From Lenisia limosa (Eukaryota > Protista > Breviatea): a stretch of 51,485 nt of DNA. Position 1 is the stretch's first letter. Every line of letters starts with the position of its first letter. The notes beneath the pieces are model-generated. The model made no database searches. It worked only from the letters and a program-made list of their open reading frames with translations, and was not told the origin of the DNA. Location of the stretch: positions 1-51,485 of the forward strand of contig LPNZ01006633.1 in the NCBI GenBank assembly GCA_001655205.1. The letters are read 5' to 3'. Made by a program: the position numbers and the translations under genes. Below are positions 1 through 10,569 of this stretch, in pieces.

Positions 1-735
1 CGTCCACATCATCACGCTTATAAGAGATATTGGTTTATAGTATAATATTAATTCACCATGAGCAAAATGCACGGACCGTTAAGAGGAACTTAGTTTCGGG
101 TAGTCTTTCGTTTTTGGCCAAGCTCTCATCCAGCCAGTCACGCGTGACAATATGGATTGCCGTCCTAAATTATAAAGTCACTTTAAAATGGCGTTCAAAC
201 CTTTCATTTTCGGCATTTAAACTTCGAGCAAAAGCAAGTTTGTCCTAGAAAATCAAACTGATAGAAGATGACTGACACACACACACAAAAAGGAACATAA
301 CTTTTCCTTGTCAAATATTATTTTCTCTTTCAAAATCCACCAACGCCAAAAGGATGGTCAATAACCAGATGTGTACATTGGCGGTCTAAAGAAGGAGAGT
401 ATGTCCCGTCCCCCTCTTTCACTTTCTGAATAATCTCCGGGAGTTCTTCCCTCCACTACTGGGTGAGAAAAGCAATTAAATTATGTTAGAGTAAAAAAAA
501 TAGTAATCTAAATAGTTTAAAGAGTAATAAAAATGATGTGTTTTCAAAATACAAAGAATGACGTTTGATGAATAGGGAGGAGCGTCTTAGGAAAGACTCC
601 AGAAAAATTTGAAAAAAAAAACCTGATATTGAGTGACCTTTCAGAAAAACAGCGTATATCGTTTGGATATTTTTTATTTGACCCAGAGCTCACATTTGAC
701 CCAGAGATCTTCAAACCAGTGAAAGGACCAGACAT
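1..735 (-). CDS. BRCT-domain protein, multi-exon, 3' part outside the window; start may lie further upstream
   Basis: Splicing GT-AG exons gives MSGPFTGLKISGSN-VTQYQ-WREELPEIIQKVKEGDGTYSPSLDRQCTHLVIDHPFG-DKLAFARSLNAENER-TAIHIVTRDWLDESLAKNERLPETKFLL. This carries the BRCT hallmarks F.G start, G.Y...L...CTHLV and IVT.DWL.ES. Confidence 0.7.
676..706. repeat. 13-nt direct duplication (atttgacccagag, period 18) across a predicted donor site of the BRCT gene
   Basis: Copies at 676-688 and 694-706. On the minus strand it reads CTCTGGGTCAAAT|gtgagctctgggtcaaat. Confidence 0.8.
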
Positions 736-1084
736 CTCAATCAGACACCCTCCCTCCTCAAGGCCTTCAAACGATTAAAGAACTGAGACTACCGTCAGGG
801 GGATGATATATGTTTTATAGAGAAATCAAAACAAGACCACTTAGGGCCATGTATGCCAGGGGACGAGCACTGAACAACTGTGAAGTGATAAGGGATTGAG
901 AAAACTCTAGAAATGGACGGAGTGTCAACAGAAACCCAAATAAATGTTAATTTTGAAACAATCTAATGTGGGAAGAGGTGGAAGAGGAGACAAAGACAAG
1001 AAAAAAGGGCAAAAAAGGGCGCTTAAAATACAGATCATATAGATCGAAATTGTTTAGCCCAAAAACATTTTCCCCAATTTTTCA

Positions 1085-4000
1085 ATGGGAGTAGTAGTTG
1101 TTTTGCTTGCATCAGTTTAGTAGTTTGCAGTTATTGTTAAGAAAACCTGAGAATAAAGAACTTTTCTGGGAAGTATATTTCTGGCATTCCTGCTCTGACT
1201 ATGCCGTCCCCAGGCATTCTTGACCCGAGTCTGATTGCATGTGATACATACGGACATGCTATCCTGGACAAGCTTGACGGACTTGGCGTTGTTGCCTCAG
1301 CACTGGGCGTTGACCGAGTACCGATATACAAGGGTGTAAATGTAAGTTATTGCCCCTCTCCTCCTTGTACTATACCTAACAATATAGAAAATTATATATA
1401 TATAAAGTTTTTTATTTTTATTTTGAATTTCCAGGTTGTTGGTTCATCAGAAACCATCTACACAAGAGACTTTATCAAAGGAGAACTTTGCTACTTGGTG
1501 AGTTGAGGCAATTAAAAAGGAGATCAACTTCTCTCACGTTCTAGGTCAATAGCGCAACCTTGATTGATGTTCCTGAAACAGGAAAACTGGTGTCCAGGAG
1601 CGAATCCACGCTTGACCCAAACTCTCTTCGAGTGTGTGGTTGTTTTTAGTAATGGAGAGAGAGAATAGTATAACATTTTTCTGGTAATATTGATGATATA
1701 GTTTGTAGAATGTATCCCAAAGCCATTATCACCGTTAATCAGTTTTTACTGTGTAGGTTTTCAGCCACGTATCATCAAGACTTGTAACAAGGTCGAATCT
1801 AACCAGAGTTAACAAGACCTCCATTACCTTTCTTGAAACTTGTGAAGGATTCGCAAATGGGTGTTATGAAATTATTGAAGATGAAGGATTTGGTATGTCG
1901 AGGCTATAGAACGCAAACTATGTGGTCCATTTCATTTGATGAAGACACCATTATTTTACCATAAGTAACTTCTCAGAGGGCCTCGGAGAATTAGAGCGCT
2001 CTGTTTGGAGAGTCGAGGCAGCGCCTGGCTTCCTCTGTGAAGGTATAGTCCACTCTTGTTCTTTTTTACGATCAGTCCACTGTTGTGCTTTTTTACGATT
2101 TAGGATCGGACCGTCTCCTTCAACGTATCCTAGCAGCTAATCCGTCGAACATTGCTGACCTCCTTCCGGCAACTTTCTGGGGTGTCGCTAAAAGTGGAAA
2201 GGTTTGGATTTGTAGTTGTAGTTCACTGTAACTTCACAGATTGCTCTGACCGAGTATTCATCCGACATGATCCCTTTACCCGCGTCCGCTACCGCCGCCA
2301 AAACAGGTTCCACTACCCTTATCGCCCTTCCGTCCTCCTCCTCCGACTCTTCTTCTGATGCTTCAAGTATGAGGCCTTGTTGGTCAACCAGAGTTGCAGG
2401 AGATGTCTTACCATTCAGATTCCCCACGTCTTTCTGTTGGTCCTTCTGTTTCTGTCGCACCTGTAGGCTGTAAATCTCTCACTCTGGGTTATTTTTTTTT
2501 GTATAATATAATATGAACCTTTCTCTCAGTATCCCTATAGTTTCACGATTTACCCTATTTGCTTTACCGTAAAGTCTGTTGCGTCCTTGAATAACACTAT
2601 TGCCTTCCAAGTGCCTACAAACTCCCCCACACCACACGGTGAAAAAGGTGAGTTGGGGATAAATCGCGTTCAGACGAGATTTGGCTTCCCTGCAAAAAAC
2701 ATGACACTTATATAAATTCCCATGGTTTTCCACCCGTTGAAATCCCCCACATAACCAGTCAAATAATCAATTCTGACCCCACAGTCGACTTACAAGACGT
2801 TATGACCCTAAAGAGAACCGTCACCATAAACCAGCCCTGTATGTTGGGACAACGGTTTAAATTATTTGTGCCATATGTCATGACATTTGTAGCGGACGAA
2901 GTCTCAGTATCCGAACTGAAGACGGTGTCAAGTGGTGAGAGTCTTAGGCCAACTCGTTTTTGTTCTGAAATATGATATTTTTTGTTGAGTGCAATTGCTA
3001 ACATTGAAGGAGGGAGTAGTCGAGACCTTCGGGCACCTTCTTCTTTAGCCACGCGGCCATCAGGTGAGGGCTGACTATGTGCGGCCATTTGCTTAGTTAG
3101 TGCATGACGATACGCCCTTTACATTTGAAGGTGGTGACAGTCAGGAGTGGGTCTCCTGGAGGAATGCGAAATCATTATTGTGTCAGGTATGTACGTAAAC
3201 ATGAGGGTCTTTCATTTACTTATTTAGAGGGACACTGAGACTCCTTACATCTATTACCTCTTGAGATCAGAGATTTTATCACTACAAGAATCTTCAAGCT
3301 CCTCTTCTGGTAAGGTCAACATGACAGGTTTGACATCCAAGATGATGAAAGTGAGACAGGCCCCACCACGCCGCAACCCGGCTTTGAGATCATCAATTTT
3401 GACGACGTCGTACCTTTTCCGCTCAGTAGGCTGACTGAGGGGGGGTCGTACCTGTTCCGCTCAGTAGGCTGACTGAGGGGGGTCGTACCTGTTCCGCTCA
3501 GTCGGCTGACTGAGGGGGGTCGTACCTGTTCCGCTCAGTAGGCTGACTGAGGGGGTCGTACCTGTTCCGCTCAGTAGGCTGACTGAGGTGGGGTCATTAC
3601 AGTCGTATGGTACTGTTTCAAATATTAGTTAGGGTTTTCTGTAAATATCCTCATTCACATTCCCCACACCAGCCACCCAATGACGAAGTACTCAGTAGTA
3701 TCCTTCTCTTTATGATCAAGGGGTCTCCAAGAAGACGGCAGAAATCAGGCCCGGCCGCGTACCTGACAAAGACGGAAACGTACCTCGTGTGGATATCACG
3801 CTCAAACAAAAGCAACGCCAACGCGCGTCTGATTTGAAAGCTCAGCACATGACTTACATGAAAGACCACCCGGTAAGATCAAACCATATTGGACACCGCT
3901 AACCACACTAGGAAGTTGACGCGCTTCTTTCTTCTTTTTTGGTGCAGGTCCTTGCTGAAAGGCCTAAAGACATTTGTGATTTCGCCTCTTCGTATGTGGC

Positions 4001-4141
4001 TATCTGTCCACAGGATTTCGTATATTACATGAACTATGCATACTATATTGATACTGGTATATATTACTTACTGATGCAGTGTTTCTTTTCTTATTTTGTA
4101 GGTATTTTGCCCCTTTCAAGCCCTCCGTCGCTCTTGTATAA
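1085..4141 (+). CDS. CATIP: CATIP/C2orf62-like ciliary protein with a C-terminal RIIa-like docking motif; multi-exon, 5' end uncertain
   Basis: The spliced C-terminus DITLKQKQRQRASDLKAQHMTYMKDHP|EVDALLSSFLVQVLAERPKDICDFASS|YFAPFKPSVALV* (TAA 4139-4141) resembles the CATIP/RIIAD1 C-terminus as I recall it. The internal GFLCE|GSDRLLQRILA (about 2025-2135) resembles CATIP GFISEAANLVLLRVMA. Joining all exons into one gene is inference. Confidence 0.6.
2047..2099 (+). repeat. Two imperfect 26-nt copies (period 27) making up almost all of intron 2043-2103
   Basis: agtccactcttgttcttttttacgat and agtccactgttgtgcttttttacgat. The first copy is followed by cag and the second by ttag. Confidence 0.85.
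3410..3595 (+). repeat. Intronic tandem array of five 36-38 nt units with an internal inverted repeat
   Basis: Unit gtacctgttccgctcagtaggctgactgag(g)n-tc, starting at 3410, 3448, 3485, 3522 and 3558. CTCAGT and ACTGAG are reverse complements. No spacers. Confidence 0.95.
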
Positions 4142-4269
4142 ATATTCATATATTGTACTAATGTAGTTTTTGTCTGTATGAAGCCATAAAAGGTGAAGAA
4201 ATAAATATGTACTAGATTTAGACCCTAAACGAAAAAAACAGGAACAATAAAAAACAACATACACACGCA

Positions 4270-7200
4270 TCATGGTTCAGTAGCCTCAGTTAATATCACA
4301 GGACTAGGCTTTCGAGAGCTGGAACTTTCACTGAATGTTGCGTCTTTCCCCTCTTCTTTGTCATTCATCTTCTCTTCACCCTTCTCTTCTGCTACTTCTT
4401 TCATATCTTTCTTCTCTTCCTCCATCTCTTTTTTCTCTTCCTTCACTTCCTCCTTCTCTTTTTTTTCTTCCTTCTCTTCCTCCTTTTCTTCTTTCACTTC
4501 CTCCTTCTCTTCTTTCCCCTCCTCTTTCTCATCCTTGGCCTTTTCTTTCTCTTTTTTCTCTTCCTCTTCCTTGTTCTTATCATCATCAATTTCAATGGTT
4601 ACATCTAGAGAATCGACACGCTCATCATCCGCAACATCACCGCTTTCTTTTGCCGGACTCAAATGCCTGTGGTGATAAGTCTGCAAAACACAAATAAAAT
4701 TAAAAAGTATCTGATGTCGCGTCAAGTATCATAATGGACAACTCACGTTTCAACCGCCTCATCCACAACATCCACAAATCGGACTTTCTCTGCAGTGCGA
4801 TGTGGTAAACCTAATACCGTCAACAAAATACGTGAAATCATTCCTTCTTTCAACCATCCCCACCCTCTTCATCAGAGTCTTCCTTGTGATTGTGCAGCTG
4901 CCTCCTCCTATCTTTGCTCGTTCTCATAGGTGCCTCCAACCTGATTGGTTACACTGAGCCTACCGGGCACAAAAAAAAAAAAGTCAAGGCAAAAAATAAC
5001 CTGACATAAATACCCAACTGAAGAGCTTGTAAAACCCACTTTTCGAGGCGCTGATCCGCCAGACTAGGGTTGCCAAGAACTCGCGACATGAAGTTGCGAA
5101 ATCTGAAGGTTAGTGAGCTGGATAAAGAGTAACCGTAACATAGATATTGCTATCCAAAAGACAAGCGATTATAACACTTTTCCAAGGACCAACCTTTTGC
5201 CATAAAAATGGGGCTCAACAGCTGATATTCCGTTCTGGGGAAAATGAGAAATGATACTTGAACACTAAAGCAAAAGGCACTCAAGTCTGCTTTGCTAAAG
5301 TACGTGTAGTATATGTGGAAAAGAGAGTACTTCGCACCTTGTCATGCTTGATACTCTTGAATGCGTGCTCAAACTTCTTGGTAGCGTTGTATGGTTGAAG
5401 GAAGTCTATGATGGACACAAAATAGAGTTCACCGTGGTTATCACGTCGGTTGCTTTGGTCTGTGGCCCTAAAGCCGCCATTGTCCTGGTAGAACACTGAC
5501 TGTAGTTGTCTGGTTCATTAGATGGAAACAACATTCATTGGAAACAACGAGCCTACTCTGGATGGGGCTGAGACGGAAGACGATAGGATGAGTCGAATTG
5601 TTTGACACGTGCAGATGCGAGGGGGGTGGTGGAGGAGGCCTGCAAAAGAGTGAGGACGAATAATAGTCAGAACATGTTGGTTCGATAAATAGTGATCACA
5701 GATAAGAGAGAAATGGACTTTATCAACAAACCTGTGGAGAAGTCGGTGTAATGGCTTCGATGTTAGCCAGTTCGTTTTCTTCTGTCTACAACCATCAGCA
5801 TTTATGCCGAAACAAGAAATGAGTGCAGGTTTTTTTTCCTGACTGTATTAGTCCAAACACACATTACACAATAAATTTTCACTCCTTCAATACTCAGCTC
5901 ATACAGTTTTCTGTGCGGTTCCCGTAAACATACATATGATATGCATAGTCTGTTATATCAAAGTTAAAAACCTGTTCAAAATACAGACCTCTGCTCTTAT
6001 CATGCAACCTACCTGATAGAAGACAGAAAGTCCTCGTGAGCGAGCTGGTCTTGATGAAACGCGGGGGTCGTGAATTCCGATCAGCAAAGAGTAATCCATA
6101 ATCTAAAGTTTCATCAGAATCTGATGAAAGCCACAGCTTCATAATGAGTTGCCTCCAAAGGACCCACATTATGGTCTTCAAGGAATTGAGAGTCGAGAGT
6201 GATTTGGTCCATGAGAGCCCTAGCTTTCAGCGGACCCAAGTTGAGGTCCCTGTCAAAGTCCAAGTCCTACACAGTAAGTCGGAGCTATGCCCTCCGGTCT
6301 GAACAAGACCCCAGTATTATTGAAGGGACACCTTAAGCCAAACATTTGTCTTTCATACCTTCATAACACATCCCTTCTTCCGTGATTCGTCTTTTGTTTG
6401 CCGCCCAACATAGGAGCCCTGGATAATCACTAAAGAAAAGAGAGACAAGATGAGACAAGGAGAGAAGCTGTAAATGTTTTGAGATGCGAAAGAAAAAAAC
6501 AAACTTACCTTCAGATCATAAGTCTCGTTCAGGTCAATGTTGGGAGGAAACAAATTGCCCATGATCACGAAGTGGGTCTTAGTACCCTTGTAGCCTTTAA
6601 CCCGATGAAGACCGTAGAACCGCGTCAAAAGTGTGTTGCGGTGTTGGCAAACATGCTAAAGAGGTCACCAACATCAAATTGTTTTACCGCGTAGTAGTCG
6701 GGAAGAATTTGTCTCAGGAACTTTGACTCAGCCTTTGTTAGCGTTTTAATGATAAATCGCATATCTGAAGAGAAGAAAAAGTCCGAGCCAGATCTGCAGT
6801 AGTGAGAAAGAAAATAATGATTATGTTGGAATACTGTAAACAGAAGCTGTCAAAGAGCTCACTTTGAATTGGTGGACATTTCCATGAGAATGTACTCTGA
6901 TGTTAAAGAAATCTAAGAGAGTTACTAATTAACAAAAAAAGATATCTTACCATATAATCAGCAGCATCCAAGCCAAATCTTTCACGAAGCTTCTTAAAGA
7001 TAATGGGCCTGGAATATGAAAACAGCTCAGCCAAAGAGTGAACCCACATGTAGTCTTTAAATTTGAAATCGTACTTCTTCGTGGCCACTGTGACCCTACT
7101 GCCGCCTGTCCTGAAGATTGTGAAAAGGGTACGACATATCTTATCAGGAACATGGAACCGAAGTGAACTGAAACTTTGAATCGAATAAATAAAAGATAAC

Positions 7201-7824
7201 GATCTGTGGTGTTGTGTAAAGCACGGGAAAGGGATGACTAGTACTCCACCATCATTAAAGTTTGCTAGGTTCACTATGCCTCACAGAGGCATTGGCCACC
7301 CCACTGACCTATTGAAAGACAACTTATTTTTGGTCTTGAAGTCTTCTGTCTCAACTTCACGTCCCTGTTCAGCACTGATTTTTCCAACCTACACTGGTAA
7401 CCCAGTAAGAACGGTCCAAGTACACAGAATAAAAACATAATATCAAAAAAAAAAGAAAAAGTAACAACTACAGCAAGTTGACAATTTACTTGGATGGAAT
7501 GACCCAACAAACAGTTGTTCTAATTCCATTGAGCATATCGTACATTAACTCATATTTGGCATGGGTAGGGTCTTTGATCAACTTGCGTTTATCCTTCTTA
7601 GACTGAGGGTGTGAACAAAAAAAAAAGCCAGAAAGAGATAGCCACCTGGGTTCCTTCTGAATGATCTTCATCGTGCTAAAAGGGTGTAAGAAAGGCAAAG
7701 GAGGGTCAAGGCCAACTTGTTTTGAATCATCTTTGTCCTTCTTCTTCTTATCCCGCTTCTTCCGGGCCTTCTGATGTGTCTCAGAGTCCGAAGATACTGG
7801 TGATTCCTGATTACTTGCCGCCAT
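4270..7824 (-). CDS. PIP5K: Phosphatidylinositol-4-phosphate 5-kinase (type I/Mss4-like) with a Glu/Lys-rich C-terminal tail; multi-exon
   Basis: Spliced motifs: YELMYDMLNGIR, YDFKFKDYMPIIFKKLRERFGLD, KSGSDFFFSSDMRFIIKT, LLTRFYGLHRV, YDLK|GS, IMDYSLLIGIH, YFVSIIDFLQPY, KKFEHAFKSI, ISAVEPHFYGKRF. Stop TGA at 4270-4272. Confidence 0.95.
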
Positions 7825-8098
7825 ACCACTATACTACCTTCAGAAACTCTTTCCGTTCCTCAATAAAAGATCATACCACTTCTTCTAAAATCCCTGTTTC
7901 CCTGCATACAGATTGCAAACAGATAGAAGAAAATCGGACGATCACACAATTACACTATGCAGGTGGGCAGGTGGAAGAAAGAAAATAATAAAATTTCCAA
8001 AATATATAAAAAGAATCTGGGGGTACGGTATTCATTCCTACTTGTCACGTCTTCATATCAAAACTTTCTGACACTATTCCTAGACTTCTAGACTTGTC

Positions 8099-10014
8099 TT
8101 AGACCAATTCCATTATTTCATCTATAATCTTATTGAACTTGGAGTGGAATTGGCTTGGACTCGAAGGCATTGTCCTGAATTTGCTATTTGACATTTCATT
8201 TCATTTCTATTTGTAACCTTTTCCTTGTTTGGTTTTAAATGAACTATGAAGGCCAGATGAAGGCCCCAAAAGATCCTTTGTGGGAAACTGGGAAAGTGTT
8301 GGAAAATATGGCAAAAGCAATTGGGATCAAACACTTTAAAGGAAATCGCTGTCAAATTGAACGCTACCCAAGTGACTACAATGATGTGATGATATCATTA
8401 AAAAAAAAAAAAAAAAAAAAANNNNNNNNNNNNNNNNNNNNNNNNNNNNNNNNNNNNNNNNNNNNNNNNNNNNNNNNNNNTGTGTCACCTAATATAATGA
8501 TTGGAGTGGATAATTGAACTATGACGTACCTGGGTTGGATGCTTATCAAGTTGGTCAAGGTAATGTGTCATTGCGGCTTCAATAGTGACAGGATGCTGCA
8601 AATGTTAAAAATGAAACTAATACGAAGGGCCCCATACTTTTTTGACTTGGCTCTTCCACTCAGTATCAGATGTCTAAATATTGTTATCATGACTACAGTT
8701 TTCTGATTTACCTCTTCCTCTTCAGGTTTCATCTTATCCTCTTTTTCTTCTTCTTGCTCTACTGCCATTTCCACATCACTCTATTTCATGAGTACTTTGA
8801 AAAACCCACCTCCAAATCCTCAGGCACTCCGTCATCTTCTGCTTCTTCGCTTTCTGCATCACTCAAAGATATGTCAACTAAACGCTGTCAAAAGCTGTTT
8901 CAAATATTACCATCATCCATGTCCTGGAGGTCTTCAATAGTTGCAATATCGTTGACATTTAGTTCATTGGACGTGTTCAACGTTTCAAGAGTTGCATTTT
9001 CAAGAAGAGCCTTGACCTAAAGTGTAATATATTACTACAGGAATTAAAAACTGAAAATAGCACTGATAACTTTATAGTCTAATAAATACACCGCCAAACG
9101 TAATCGTCAACTTCGTCAAACATTTCCAGGTCGGGATCACTCATAACATCTACATCAACCTGAAATGTAATTGAAGTTGAGAAATCAAAGTAAAAACCAA
9201 ACGCCGCTGACAATTCTCTGTTCAACCTCTTGGACGAATGGTACCTCATGACATAAGTCTTCCATAGCCAATACATCTTCCTCATATTCAACCTGGTTGT
9301 TAAATTGTATTGTAATCCTACTGGTGGTGGTGGTGATGCGGCCTTTTCTTTTTTACTCGGTACAGCCTAGCAGAGTTAACTTTACTAACAAACTTACAAG
9401 TTCATTTTTAAAGATCTCAGGGAATTCCTTCATTCGTTTGTAGTACAAACTCTCTAGTTTCAGAATGAAATCAGCCTGGGTATTACACTCCGAAAATGGA
9501 ACTTTACCTGAAGACTAACAAGCCCAGCGTGATGCATCAGCTTGTTGGTTATCTCCAACTACAATGAAATTACACTATACTCTAATAAACCCCTAACTTC
9601 TTCGTTGTATTCTCTGTCTTCATCTTCCAAGGAGGAGCCGTCCCCGGCATCACCATCTTTTTCTTCCTCACTGTCTTTCTCGTTTATCACATCGGACACG
9701 AATGCTAACTCTGCACCTTCGGGTTCTGTTTGCTTCACAATATCATCCAATTCACTTTCAATTTTTTTCATGTGCTTTTTGATCTACAATAGTAAGAAAA
9801 ACCACATATATCACCTCAATTGCTTCTGGAGGCTCTGGCGGGGAATAAGCAGGACTGTAATCTCCCGGTCTAAGGAAATGAATGAGGTTACCGCCCGCTA
9901 ACCCTGGGGATGGATTCGAGTCTTGTGGGTCGAAATCATCTGGACTTGGAAAAAACGTGGGTCCAGACTAGGGGGTTAAGGAAGATACGGACATACCACA
10001 CTGAGGGCAGCCAT
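8099..10014 (-). CDS. Hypothetical acidic (Asp/Glu-rich) protein, multi-exon
   Basis: In-frame exons with GT-AG ends: MAALSV, SGPTFFPSPDDFDP, MKKIESELDDIVKQ, ADFILKLESLYYKRMKEFP, VKALLENATLETLN, HPVTIEAAMTHYLDQLDK, ending FNKIIDEIMELV*. No family recognised. Confidence 0.6.
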
Positions 10015-10569
10015 ACTACTCGATACTATTATAGCAAGAAAATTGTGTCAGATTGGGAATGGGATTATGTATGGTTCACTAATAAATTCACTAGTCCGCT
10101 TATTCTCTCAGATTAATATCACTAACTTTTGAAACAAGACAAATCTATTTAAAATATATACAAAAGTCAAAAAACGAAAAGAGTTCAAAAAGAGTGGGCT
10201 GGACTTACCAAATAAGGCAATGAGATTCATTTCCGTCAATTGTGAAGCCGCCTCCTCAATTGTCCATTGAAGGTTGTTACCATTTAAAAGAAGAAAGCAT
10301 TTAAGAATCAAAGAAGGACAGAAGAGAGACAGAAGCACACGGGACATCACCTGTGGTGATCTATGATATATATAACCTATGGATGCACCTCGAAAGAACC
10401 CTGGTTTTCGTTTTTAGTCCTCTATATTTTTCCATTCCCCCTTTCCCCTTTCCACCTCTCTTCCCCTCTTATATCTTGTAATAAATGATCCTAATTTAAT
10501 ATAAACGGGGAATGAAGGTGAAATATTGATTAGAGCGATTAGTTCTCAACACTAATATCTGATAGGAAG

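Noticed and set aside
3410-3595. CRISPR array (36-38 nt palindromic repeats)
   Set aside because: The units are contiguous with no unique spacers, there are no cas genes, and the array lies in a eukaryotic intron.
4335-4697. Plus-strand Ser/Phe/Leu-rich ORFs; likewise 48245-48953 on the minus strand
   Set aside because: These are antisense shadows of the E/K-rich PIP5K tail and the RD-rich tail.
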